A stretch of DNA of 10,273 nt from a virus (lineage: Duplodnaviria; Heunggongvirae; Uroviricota; Caudoviricetes), in IMG/VR virus record IMGVR_UViG_2617270966_000009, one strand, 5' to 3'. A model generated the notes under the pieces. The model was given only the letters and a program-made list of their open reading frames with translations. It was not told where the DNA came from and did no database searches. Made by a program: the position numbers and the translations under genes. Positions 1 through 8,164 of the stretch are shown in pieces. Each line of letters opens with the position of its first letter. Position 1 is the stretch's first letter.

Positions 1-1254
1 ATGCCAAAACTCACAGACATGCAGATCCGCGCATGGATAAAGGCCGGGGAGCGATTCGAGGGACGCTCTGACGGTAACGGGCTTTATCTTTCATACCGCG
101 AAAACTACCAGACCCCCGTCTGGCGATTCCGCTATAAATTCGCAGGGAAACCCCGCGCCATGCTGATTGGCTCATATGCCGAGCTATCACTATCAAAGGC
201 CAGAGAGACAGCCAAAGAGCTATCGGCTCGCGTTGCGCTGGGCTATGACGTTGCAGGAGAGAAGCAGAAGCGCAAAACCGAAGCACTGGCGAAGATGGAA
301 GCAGAGAAGAACGCTATGCGCGTTTCAGAGCTTGCCGCTGAATACTTTGAGCGTCAGATCCTCCCGCGCTGGAAGCACCCCGATATACTCCGCCGCCGTA
401 TCGACAAAGATATAAACCCATGCATTGGCAGCATGAAGGTGGAGGACGTGAAGCCGCGCCATATCGACGACATGCTGAAAAGTATTGTTGACCGTGGAGC
501 GCCGACCATAGCAACGGACGTTCTGCGCTGGACACGCCGCATATTTGACTACGGCATTAAGCGGCACGCACTGGAGATTAACCCGTGTTCAGCCTTTGAG
601 GTGGCAGACGCCGGAGGGAAAGAAGTTTCCCGCGACCGCTGGTTAACACGTGGCGAACTAATCCGACTGTTTCAGTCTATGCGCACGGCTAAGGGATTCA
701 GCCGTCAGAACGAAATCACGTTCAAATTACTGTTAGCGTTATGCGTCCGCAAAATGGAGTTATGCGCCGCCCGCTGGGAGGAGTTCGATTTTGATAAAGC
801 CGTATGGCATTTACCAGAGGAACGCAGCAAAAACGGCGACGCTATAGACATCCCATTAGCACCGCCAGCCGTCGAATGGCTGAGAGAGCTTAAAACGTTC
901 TCATGCAACAGCGCATGGGTGCTTCCAGCCAGGAAGATGCAAAACAGAATGATCCCACATATTCAGGAAAGCACTTTACCCGTAGCACTGGCTAAGGTTC
1001 GCGCTGAAATGCCTGATGTGCCTAATTTCACGATTCACGACTTCCGACGCACCGCACGTACTCATTTAGCAGCGCTGGGCGTTGATCCGGTAGTCGCAGA
1101 AAGATGCCTTAATCACAAAATTAAAGGCGTGGAAGGTATCTATAACCGTCACCAGTATTTTGATGAGCGTAAAGCGGCGCTGGCGCAGTGGTGTGATTTG
1201 CTGGTGGCACTGGAAAGCGGAAAAGACTACAACGTAACGCCAATCAGAGCATGA
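1..1254 (+). CDS. int: Tyrosine-type site-specific integrase, phage P4 / CP4-57 family
   Basis: 417-aa ORF. N-terminus (KLTD.QIRAWIKAG...GLYL...WRFRYKF.GK.....GSY..LSL..AR) matches the arm-binding N-terminal domain pattern of P4-like integrases as I recall it. C-terminus carries the catalytic signature HDFRRT ... LNHK ... GIYNRHQY (R-H-R-Y tyrosine recombinase core). ATG at position 1, so the att site and any tRNA target lie upstream, outside the window. Confidence 0.9.
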   Translation: MPKLTDMQIRAWIKAGERFEGRSDGNGLYLSYRENYQTPVWRFRYKFAGKPRAMLIGSYAELSLSKARETAKELSARVALGYDVAGEKQKRKTEALAKMEAEKNAMRVSELAAEYFERQILPRWKHPDILRRRIDKDINPCIGSMKVEDVKPRHIDDMLKSIVDRGAPTIATDVLRWTRRIFDYGIKRHALEINPCSAFEVADAGGKEVSRDRWLTRGELIRLFQSMRTAKGFSRQNEITFKLLLALCVRKMELCAARWEEFDFDKAVWHLPEERSKNGDAIDIPLAPPAVEWLRELKTFSCNSAWVLPARKMQNRMIPHIQESTLPVALAKVRAEMPDVPNFTIHDFRRTARTHLAALGVDPVVAERCLNHKIKGVEGIYNRHQYFDERKAALAQWCDLLVALESGKDYNVTPIRA

Positions 1255-1272
1255 TGAGAGGAAAGATTCATA

Positions 1273-2223
1273 ATGAAATTACCTGCGCATAAATATTATT
1301 CTTTGGATAAAGCAGCCAAACTGGCCGGATGTGAAGTATCCGATTTAATACACTATGCAGCAATTGGGGTTTTAGAAATATGTATAAAAATTCCACCTAT
1401 TGAATTGTTTTACCATTACCCCAAAAATGAAGATGCCGACCCAGAATTACTTAAAGTTGAAACAGATAGTATTTTTCATATAGATACAAAAGCAGCACAT
1501 GAGAATTATCTTCTTAATCTGAGCAATGAGGCAGATAATCTCGAATCATATGGCTTATCACCGCTTGATTATAAAAATAGCGATAACCATATGTATTTTA
1601 TGAGGTTTTCATACAAATCAGAACATTTCTCAGTTATAGAGCGATACAATGTTGGGAAGGATGAAAGAGATATCGAAAGATGGAACGGTCTATTAGCAAT
1701 TCCGTCTGCGTTCATAGATAACGATGAGCGGGAGCTATCAGAATGGGATGATTGGGAGATCTCCGTATGCGAACTGACGCCTCCGAGATGTGACGAGTTT
1801 AGCAAATCGAATAATTATGAAATCGGAGCTTTTTATATTGACGGCTGGTATGAAATAAGCCGAAATAAAATGTATATAACTGACTATGAATACAATCTTC
1901 TTATAAATGGAGGAAAATATATTTATGACAGACCCATGCACAAACCACCCGCAAACAAGTTATCCAATGATATAAATACGCTAAAAGTTAATAAACGTGC
2001 CGAACGGTACGCAGTCAATAGGGAGAAACTATTAAAATCTGCAATTTATATACTTAGTAAGTATCCAAATGAATGCAGGGGAGTAAGGAAAGAAATAAGC
2101 CCTGAGAAGTGGCGTGACTGTCTTGTTCGTCATTTAGACGAAGTTCCACCACTTATGATAACTAATGAAGATGTAATTCTTAAACAGCTGCGATCTGCGG
2201 CAAATGGCAAAGTGGATAGTTAA
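1273..2223 (+). CDS. Hypothetical protein, AT-rich orphan gene with putative N-terminal HTH-like segment; function unknown
   Basis: 316-aa ORF starting 19 nt after the int stop, with GAGAGG upstream of the ATG. Composition is clearly more AT-rich than its neighbours (hand count about 38% GC in the first 60 nt versus about 55% at the start of int). N-terminus (YSLDKAAKLAGCEVSDLIHYAAIG) resembles an excisionase/MerR-type helix-turn-helix; the rest is rich in Y/N/K/E/D with no motif I recognise. Followed by a hairpin plus T-run at 2234-2261. Confidence 0.75.
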   Translation: MKLPAHKYYSLDKAAKLAGCEVSDLIHYAAIGVLEICIKIPPIELFYHYPKNEDADPELLKVETDSIFHIDTKAAHENYLLNLSNEADNLESYGLSPLDYKNSDNHMYFMRFSYKSEHFSVIERYNVGKDERDIERWNGLLAIPSAFIDNDERELSEWDDWEISVCELTPPRCDEFSKSNNYEIGAFYIDGWYEISRNKMYITDYEYNLLINGGKYIYDRPMHKPPANKLSNDINTLKVNKRAERYAVNREKLLKSAIYILSKYPNECRGVRKEISPEKWRDCLVRHLDEVPPLMITNEDVILKQLRSAANGKVDS

Positions 2224-2233
2224 CTTGCTATAG

Positions 2234-2261
2234 AGGTACTGCAAAATTACAGTACCTTTTC
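2234..2261 (+). terminator. Putative rho-independent terminator after the AT-rich gene
   Basis: Perfect 8-bp inverted repeat AGGTACTG (2234-2241) / CAGTACCT (2250-2257) with an 8-nt loop, followed by TTTT. The stem is AT-rich, so moderate strength. Confidence 0.5.
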
Positions 2262-2329
2262 ATTGTATATCTATACAGCTAGATTTCTCGTAACGAAGCA
2301 ACAACTACCGCTAAGAGGTTACGGGAATC

Positions 2330-2533
2330 ATGAACATCGACACTATCCCTACAAAAGGCTATATCAGACGCTTCCGCCTTGCTGAATTGCTGGGCGTTAG
2401 TGTTTCAACCATTGATCGCAAAGTTCGCAGCGGCTCGCTACCGCGCCCGGTAAAGCTGGGGGAGAAGATTACCGCCTTTGATGCGGTAGAGATTAATAAC
2501 TGGCTGGCGGAGCGCCGGGGAAAGGTGGCGTAA
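2330..2533 (+). CDS. alpA: AlpA-family phage transcriptional regulator (HTH_17-type)
   Basis: 67-aa ORF with RBS AAGAGG upstream. LAELLGVSVSTIDRKVRSGSLPRPVKLGEK...AFDAVEINNWLAER matches the AlpA/excisionase-like HTH pattern (ligand-free HTH followed by a conserved W). Position after int is the canonical AlpA location in PICIs and CP4-57-like islands. Confidence 0.85.
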   Translation: MNIDTIPTKGYIRRFRLAELLGVSVSTIDRKVRSGSLPRPVKLGEKITAFDAVEINNWLAERRGKVA

Positions 2534-2967
2534 TGAAAAAGAAAAACCGCCCCGTACAGCAGGCGGCTAACTCAGATATTCGCACGTCTGATATTACGCC
2601 GACCACCAGCCCGGTACAAGTACCTAAGCGAACCCCAAAGAAACACCGCGCCCGCGTCTATATGCTGCGTACTGGCGTAGAGGGATGGACAGAAAACGAC
2701 ATTCTGCGATATTGCCGCCTTTCATCTGGAAGGAACTACGCCAGCGAGTTAGAGCGCAGGCTTGATATTCAGCTTGAGCGTATAGACGAAAAGAACCCCG
2801 ACGGGATAGGGTCACATTTACGCTATCGCTTTACCGGGCGCGGTGACGTTCTAAAAGTTATTCGGCTTGTGAACCATAACGCCGACGCTGGCGGCTATCA
2901 GGGACTTTCTCAGCCTGAAATTGCCGACATTCTCAACCTATACCCGGACAATCTCACCGCCGCCTAA
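2533..2967 (+). CDS. Hypothetical protein with basic, low-complexity N-terminus
   Basis: 144-aa ORF whose ATG overlaps the alpA stop (TAATG), indicating translational coupling. N-terminal 40 residues are rich in K/R/P/T. No recognisable catalytic motif. Confidence 0.65.
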   Translation: MKKKNRPVQQAANSDIRTSDITPTTSPVQVPKRTPKKHRARVYMLRTGVEGWTENDILRYCRLSSGRNYASELERRLDIQLERIDEKNPDGIGSHLRYRFTGRGDVLKVIRLVNHNADAGGYQGLSQPEIADILNLYPDNLTAA

Positions 2968-2979
2968 CGGAGACTGAAA

Positions 2980-3813
2980 ATGAACATCGAAAAAAGCAGA
3001 TTAATTTCTGAGGCCGCCCCTCATCTGAACGCCTATCAGGGCACAATTAACGGTAATGAATTTGCCGCAATTGTCCCGGTTATTCCTGGTCATATCGGTG
3101 GGCGTGAAACCAATATTGTTAGCGCAAAAGCGTTACACAAAGCGTTGGGCGTGGGAAAAGACTTCTCTACATGGATCACTGATCGCATCTCTGAATATGA
3201 CTTCACCATTGGGCACGATTACTCAGTCCATAAAACAATTTCCCCAAATTTGGGGAAAAGCCCGAATGGCGCGGCTTACAGCAAGATTAAGCAGTCTGGC
3301 AGACCCGGCAAAGACTATCTGTTAAGTGTCGGAATGGCGAAAGAACTGGCAATGATCGAACGCAATGATCAGGGTCGCGCTATCCGCCGTTATTTCATCC
3401 AGTGCGAGGAAGAATTACAGCGTAGCGTGCCTGAAATCGCCGCCCGCTATCGTCGCCAGCTAAAAGCCCGTATCAGTGCCGCAAACAACTTTAAGCCAAT
3501 GTGCGATGCGCTGAATATGGCCCGTGCCGAGATGGGTAAAGCGACGCAGCAGCGCCACTACAGCAACGAGAGCAACATGATCGCCCGTATCGTGCTGGGT
3601 GGCATGACGGCGAAGCAGTGGGCGCAGGCAAATGGCATTACTGGCGAACCACGGGACAGCATGAACGCAGCACAGCTTGAACACCTCGCCTATCTCGAAA
3701 GCACCAATATCACGTTAATTGATATGGGCATGGAATATGAGCAGCGCAAAGGAGAACTCCCCCGCCTGTCGCAACGCTGGCTCGCTAAACGTCTGGAGGT
3801 AAACCATGCGTAA
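2980..3813 (+). CDS. Phage antirepressor / regulatory protein-like (Bro-N / KilA-N / Rha / AntA-type N-terminal domain)
   Basis: 277-aa ORF with RBS GGAGA 7 nt upstream. N-terminal region (NEFAAIVPVIPGHIGG...NIVSAKALHKALGVGKDFSTWITDRI...DYLLSVGMAKELAMIERNDQGRAIRRYFIQCEEEL) has the layout of phage antirepressor-type DNA-binding domains. The exact family cannot be resolved by eye. Confidence 0.7.
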   Translation: MNIEKSRLISEAAPHLNAYQGTINGNEFAAIVPVIPGHIGGRETNIVSAKALHKALGVGKDFSTWITDRISEYDFTIGHDYSVHKTISPNLGKSPNGAAYSKIKQSGRPGKDYLLSVGMAKELAMIERNDQGRAIRRYFIQCEEELQRSVPEIAARYRRQLKARISAANNFKPMCDALNMARAEMGKATQQRHYSNESNMIARIVLGGMTAKQWAQANGITGEPRDSMNAAQLEHLAYLESTNITLIDMGMEYEQRKGELPRLSQRWLAKRLEVNHA

Positions 3814-3988
3814 CCATAATCCGATGCCGGGAAGCCGTTACAAGGACAGTCACGGGGCTGTAGTGACCGTACAGCGCGTCGAGCATAACCGAGTGACCTT
3901 TTACCGCGAGGGCTATCAGTCGCCATGTGTTCAGCCTTTGGAGAGATTCGTTAATGAGTTCGTGGAGGTGCGCCGTGATACTGAATGA
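3806..3988 (+). CDS. Small hypothetical protein (60 aa)
   Basis: ATG at 3806 overlaps the stop of the upstream gene (ATGcgTAA) and is preceded by GGAGGT, suggesting translational coupling. Resembles small conserved prophage proteins, but I cannot name the family with confidence. Confidence 0.5.
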   Translation: MRNHNPMPGSRYKDSHGAVVTVQRVEHNRVTFYREGYQSPCVQPLERFVNEFVEVRRDTE

Positions 3989-4160
3989 ACCTGCCGCCCA
4001 GAAAGAAGCCTTTAATCTGGCTAGCCTGTTAACAAATGTTAACCCTTACAACCTTATAAAACCAAAGGTCGCGAACGGCTGCCTGTTATCAATTGTTATG
4101 GTTAATGACTTAGCAAAACTTAGCCTGAACCTCACAAAACCTGACATCCACGCACGGGGA
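3989..4160 (+). promoter_or_regulatory. Putative promoter/operator region for the downstream replication operon
   Basis: GTTAACAAATGTTAAC at 4028-4043 is two palindromic GTTAAC hexamers spaced exactly 10 bp centre to centre. It is followed by CCTTACAACCTTA and a TATAAA box (4055-4060). No convincing sigma70 -35 at canonical spacing, which would fit an activator-dependent promoter. The call is weak because a long open + frame runs through this region. Confidence 0.3.
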
Positions 4161-4694
4161 ATGACGACAAATGATGACATTTTAAACCAAGAAATAATCA
4201 CCTCTAAAAAGCTGATTGTGGGGAATAAATTCCCCCTGCTGGCTGGTGGTATGAACTGGATTGCTACCGTTGTGAACCGTTCCACATCGACTTTCGCGAC
4301 AAATACGCGTGCGCTGGAAGATTTATTAGGGGTCGTTACGCGAGAAGGTGAGTATTCGGAGTCCATAAAAAAGGGCTTGCCGACTATCGCCAACCCGGTT
4401 TATGGTTATAGCGCACCAGCAAAATCTGGTGCCGGGATTGGCGTCCTGATAATGTTACAGGCGACACATGACGCGCCGAGCGTCTTTTTTTGTGTCCTCG
4501 CATCTGCACACCTCTTTCCCAGCGATATGGCTATAGCCCATATTGCTCAAAAAGTAATGGTGGGCTGGATGGGGGCGGAGCGATCCGCGCCGGTTTCCTG
4601 TAACGCCGGTTACGCCAACCCTGTTCAGCTCACCACCAGTGAAATTGGCGTTTCCGGTGGTGGGAATAAATCCCAGTTACAGGAGGCTGCCATA

Positions 4695-4886
4695 ATGGCT
4701 ACTACCCCTACCCAAAAACCGCAATTTATCTGGATTATCGCAGCAGTTCGCCGCGATATGCCGACAATTACCGCCAAAATTCACCATATCGCCGCAGAGA
4801 CTGAGCAGGAAGCCCGCCGCATTCTGGCGCGGGATCACGTTTGCTTTTTTGCCGGACGTATTCGCACAGGGGGCGCACATGCTTAA
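4695..4886 (+). CDS. Small satellite protein, possibly Icd-like (host cell division inhibitor-like); 5' boundary uncertain
   Basis: Strong AGGAGG 7 nt upstream of ATG 4695 (MATTPTQKPQFIWIIAAVRRDMP...). The same frame is open back to 3927 with in-frame ATGs at 4161, 4527 and 4557, so the true product may be longer or there may be two in-frame products. The upstream segment MVGWMGAERSAPVSCNAGYANPV resembles what I recall of Ash-family proteins; this is unverified. Confidence 0.5.
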   Translation: MATTPTQKPQFIWIIAAVRRDMPTITAKIHHIAAETEQEARRILARDHVCFFAGRIRTGGAHA

Positions 4887-5058
4887 TTACTTCCGTGTTG
4901 CAGGATGCGCCACCGCCCGGAGCGGCGAATTAGTCGAGTTCGTTTATATCGTTGACGCCCGCAGCGCGATCAGCGCCAAAGCTGAGGCGCTAAATCAGGC
5001 CAGAAATGAACGCCTTTCCCACATCCAGATTACCCGCATTCGTGAGGTGGCAGCATGA
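4879..5058 (+). CDS. Small hypothetical protein (about 59 aa)
   Basis: ATG at 4879 preceded by AGGGGG and overlapping the stop of the upstream ORF (ATGCTTAA). The six-frame track start at 4849 lacks an RBS. Part of a chain of coupled small genes upstream of the primase. Confidence 0.5.
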   Translation: MLNYFRVAGCATARSGELVEFVYIVDARSAISAKAEALNQARNERLSHIQITRIREVAA

Positions 5059-5318
5059 ACATAACTACCATCTACCGCCACCCGGCAGAGCTGGAAGCCG
5101 AAGCGATGCTATCTCGCAAAGAATCATACCCGGATGATTTTACGCTGGCAGACCGAACAGCAGAACGCATGACCCGCGCCCGCAATGGGCTGGCTCACGT
5201 TATGACCGATTTATTACCACTCCTCGAAGTTGAGCAAGCAGCCATCGCGTATTGCTGGCTGAGTAAAGTCCTGACGATTGTCGATATAGCCAGAATTGAT
5301 GCGGAGGGCAGCGCATGA
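5055..5318 (+). CDS. Small hypothetical protein (87 aa)
   Basis: ATGA start/stop overlap with the upstream gene at 5055-5058. Acidic protein with no recognisable motif. Confidence 0.55.
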   Translation: MNITTIYRHPAELEAEAMLSRKESYPDDFTLADRTAERMTRARNGLAHVMTDLLPLLEVEQAAIAYCWLSKVLTIVDIARIDAEGSA

Positions 5319-5372
5319 GCAACGCACCGACCATTAAATCGGGAAATGCCGCTGGCGCACTGAGGGGGCGAC

Positions 5373-5714
5373 ATGATTACTAAAAATTTCCGACTGAATG
5401 CGCTGGCGAATAAGTATGCGTCGGCACTGTATAACCACATTACCTCCACCAGCGGCGGGGACTATTTCATGGTTGATGCGGACGGCCTCGCCGTCCGTGT
5501 GGAAATCGTCAATGGAGTAAAAGGCGTTCGCAGTCTGATCGATAGCTACACACTGGCAGCCATGAAAGTGTCCTACCCGCAGTGGGAAACCGTGGGGGTC
5601 GAGCTTCTTGAGCGTTGCGTCACTAATGACGGATTGACTGACGTCGGGCGTGAGATATGGCAAAGCATGGTTAAAGACATGGGCGCGACCGTGGCAGGAG
5701 GCAACCATGCGTAA
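5373..5714 (+). CDS. Hypothetical protein (113 aa), immediately upstream of and coupled to the primase
   Basis: ATG at 5373 with GAGGGGG RBS (5362-5368). Stop TAA at 5712-5714 overlaps the primase ATG at 5707 (ATGcgTAA). Confidence 0.6.
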   Translation: MITKNFRLNALANKYASALYNHITSTSGGDYFMVDADGLAVRVEIVNGVKGVRSLIDSYTLAAMKVSYPQWETVGVELLERCVTNDGLTDVGREIWQSMVKDMGATVAGGNHA

Positions 5715-8148
5715 TATCGACCTTATCCGCGAAGTGACCAGTGCCGCCGCCGGGCGCTGGCCTTATGTGCTGGCTGGATTGTCTATCGACGTGCCTGATT
5801 CATCGCGCCGCCATTCTCCATGCCCTGCATGTGGTGGAAAAGACCGTTTCAGATTCGACGACAACGGGCGCGGTAGCTTTATCTGCAATCAGTGTGGCGC
5901 TGGTGACGGTTTAGACCTGATTAAGAAGGTGAACAACTGCGACACTACGGAGGCGGCACAGCTTGCCGCTGATGTGCTGGGTATTGATTACCGGGCAGCG
6001 GAAACCGCCCCGGTGGCAGCGAGCCATAGAAGAGAGCAACTGGAAGCTGACCGCCAGCAGCGTGAGCAGGAGCGCCAGAAACAGGCAGCAGAGGATGCAG
6101 AGCAGCGAAGGGCTACGTTTGCCCGTCTGTATGCCGGAATGCGCCAGAGTGCCACACAGGGAGAATCTGATTACCTGCAATCAAAAGGGCTGACCGGGTT
6201 TAACTATCCGGTTATGCCGGATGGTTCGTTATTGCTGGAGCTGGTGGACGAATCCGGCGCAGTGGCAGCAGCGCAAACCATTACACCGCAGGGAGAGAAG
6301 CGACTCCTGACAGGTTCAGCAAAGCGCGGGGCATATCACGCCGTAAACGCACCAGAACAGCCGCAGAGCGTATTAATTGCCGAGGGGCTGGCTACGGCCC
6401 TGTCCGTTCACCTGATGCGCCCGGACGCGCTTACAGTGGCGGCAATTGACGCCGGGAACCTGATCCACGTTGCCAGAGTAATGCGCCGGGAACACCCGCA
6501 GTCGCAAATTATCATTGCCGCAGATAACGACCACCAGCAGGACGAACAGGCGAACACGGGCAAAGATGCCGCAGAGAAAGCCGCCTTATCCGTGGCTGGC
6601 TGGGTGGCGCTGCCGCCGACAGACTACAAAGCCGACTGGGACGACTACCGCCAGCAAAACGGGCTGGAAGTCGCTACGGCTGCGTTTAACGATTCGATGT
6701 ACCAGATTCAGGGGGAAGCCGTGAAACCACAACTACAGGCCATTGTGGGCGGTAAATCCCGCCGTAAAGCCGAAGTCGGAGATATTGCACAAATGGCAGC
6801 CAGCCAGAAAGCGCGGTTGCTTTCATCTCGCTGGGATATGTTGGCGGTCAACCCTGATAGTGGCGCTGTTTACTGCTACGAATCTGGCGTATGGGTGAAG
6901 CTACCAGACAGCGAATTAGAAAGGGTTATGGTGGCAATTTTCGACGAGCACGAAGCCCACTACACCGAAAAAGGGATTAAATCGGTTGTCGCAACCATGA
7001 AGCTGCAAATACCGGTAATTGGTGAGCGGAGCGGGGATCTGATTGGTTTTGATAACGGCGTTTATGACCTCGCTACGCAGACGTTTTCCGCCCATTCGCC
7101 GGGTAACTGGCTGATGAACCACAATGGGATCACCTACACCCCGCCAGCGCTGGGGGAAAATATTACCACCAGCGCCCCCAATTTTACCCGTTGGCTGAAT
7201 CATGCAACGGCTGGCGACCATCATAAGGCCGAGCGTATCAAAGCAGCCTTGTTTATGGTGCTGGCGAAGCGTCACGACTGGCAGCTATTCATTGAGATAA
7301 CTGGCGAGGGCGGCAGTGGGAAATCCGTATTCAGCAGCATAGCAACCACGCTGGCAGGTGAACACAACACCGCCAGCGGTAGCATGATGACGCTGGACAC
7401 CGCACGGGGACGGGCGCAGTTCGTAGGAAAAAGCCTGATTATTATGCCTGACCAGACCCGCTATGTTGGAGAGGGTGCGGGGATTAAAGCCATTACGGGC
7501 GGCGATCCGGTAGAGATTGATGGGAAATATGAAAAGCAGTTCACAACCGTGATAAATGCCGTTGTTATGGCAACCAATAACGAGCCGATGACATTCACGG
7601 AGCGAAACGGGGGCATTGCCCGCCGCCGCGTGATATTCCCGTTTAATAACCCGGTATCAGACGCAGACAAAGACCCGGATTTAACCGCAAAAATCAGGCG
7701 AGAAATCCCGGTGATTATCCGCCACCTGCTAACCACCTTTGCCGACCAGAACAAAGCAAAGGCACTATTACTAGAGCAGCGCGATTCGCAGGAGGCGCTA
7801 GAGGTTAAACGCGGCACGGATCCGGTTGTCGATATGTGTGCGGCGCTTTTTTTCATGAACGAACCCAAAGGCATGATGATGGGCGGAGGTACATGGGCAG
7901 GCCAGCCAGAGCCGAGGACGTATCTTTATCATCTTTATCTGGCGTTTATGGAGTATCACGGTTTGGGTAAACCGCTTTCCGTCAATAAGTTTTCACGCGC
8001 CATAAAATCAGCAGCAAAAGAGTACCGAGCCAGCTACCTGACGAGAAGCATTAACGGCAGAGCGCAAACCAACGTTGGCTATAACGAGAAGGCTGAGGAG
8101 TTCATGCCACGCGCTTACGGTGTGGAGAGCGGGCAGAGTGATGATTGA
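5707..8148 (+). CDS. Replication primase-helicase: primase Zn-ribbon + Toprim + phage/plasmid primase P4-family / D5-like SF3 NTPase
   Basis: Preferred start ATG 5707 with CAGGAGG 5 nt upstream; the track's longer ORF begins at a GTG at 5650 without an RBS. Zn-ribbon CPACGG...CNQCG at 5821-5895. Acidic Toprim-like IIIAADNDHQQDE with DND at 6523-6531. Walker A GEGGSGKS at 7303-7326. Size (813 aa) and domain order match P4 alpha-like and PICI pri-rep proteins. Confidence 0.9.
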   Translation: MRNIDLIREVTSAAAGRWPYVLAGLSIDVPDSSRRHSPCPACGGKDRFRFDDNGRGSFICNQCGAGDGLDLIKKVNNCDTTEAAQLAADVLGIDYRAAETAPVAASHRREQLEADRQQREQERQKQAAEDAEQRRATFARLYAGMRQSATQGESDYLQSKGLTGFNYPVMPDGSLLLELVDESGAVAAAQTITPQGEKRLLTGSAKRGAYHAVNAPEQPQSVLIAEGLATALSVHLMRPDALTVAAIDAGNLIHVARVMRREHPQSQIIIAADNDHQQDEQANTGKDAAEKAALSVAGWVALPPTDYKADWDDYRQQNGLEVATAAFNDSMYQIQGEAVKPQLQAIVGGKSRRKAEVGDIAQMAASQKARLLSSRWDMLAVNPDSGAVYCYESGVWVKLPDSELERVMVAIFDEHEAHYTEKGIKSVVATMKLQIPVIGERSGDLIGFDNGVYDLATQTFSAHSPGNWLMNHNGITYTPPALGENITTSAPNFTRWLNHATAGDHHKAERIKAALFMVLAKRHDWQLFIEITGEGGSGKSVFSSIATTLAGEHNTASGSMMTLDTARGRAQFVGKSLIIMPDQTRYVGEGAGIKAITGGDPVEIDGKYEKQFTTVINAVVMATNNEPMTFTERNGGIARRRVIFPFNNPVSDADKDPDLTAKIRREIPVIIRHLLTTFADQNKAKALLLEQRDSQEALEVKRGTDPVVDMCAALFFMNEPKGMMMGGGTWAGQPEPRTYLYHLYLAFMEYHGLGKPLSVNKFSRAIKSAAKEYRASYLTRSINGRAQTNVGYNEKAEEFMPRAYGVESGQSDD

Positions 8149-8164
8149 AACTTTTACGGCGGCA

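Noticed and set aside
11-908. Small ORFs overlapping the integrase gene on either strand (11-286, 167-415, 314-567, 354-542, 705-908)
   Set aside because: All are nested within the integrase CDS, whose frame is supported by the tyrosine-recombinase motifs; none has independent support.
1569-1941. Minus-strand ORFs 1569-1805 and 1738-1941 inside the AT-rich gene
   Set aside because: They are antisense within a long ORF that has an RBS and terminator; AT-rich DNA often yields short open frames by chance, though not usually this long.
3056-3684. Alternate-frame ORF 3056-3325 (+) and minus-strand ORF 3460-3684 within the antirepressor-like gene
   Set aside because: Nested in a better-supported CDS, with no RBS and implausible composition.
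4046-4393. 115-aa minus-strand ORF
   Set aside because: It lies antisense in a region where every supported gene is on the + strand, has no convincing RBS, and its sequence looks low-complexity.
3927-4886. Single 319-aa protein spanning the whole open frame
   Set aside because: No RBS at 3927, the 5' end overlaps the upstream coupled small gene, the first 200 nt look like operator/promoter DNA, and a strong RBS precedes an internal ATG at 4695. Treated as an over-extended frame; kept as an open question in the findings.
5650-5706. Extended primase start at 5650
   Set aside because: The track's M corresponds to a GTG with no RBS and overlaps the upstream gene by 65 nt. The ATG at 5707 has CAGGAGG at ideal spacing and forms a stop/start overlap, so 5707 is preferred.
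5195-5708. Minus-strand ORFs 5195-5449 and 5334-5708
   Set aside because: Antisense to a chain of translationally coupled + strand genes whose starts have RBSs and overlap stop codons; no independent support.
5911-7874. Minus-strand ORFs inside the primase-helicase gene (5911-6180, 6916-7275, 7461-7874) and the + alternate-frame ORFs 5963-6193 and 6515-6724
   Set aside because: They sit entirely inside a long, motif-supported CDS (Zn-ribbon, Toprim, Walker A) and have Arg/Ser/Cys-rich compositions typical of out-of-frame or antisense readings.
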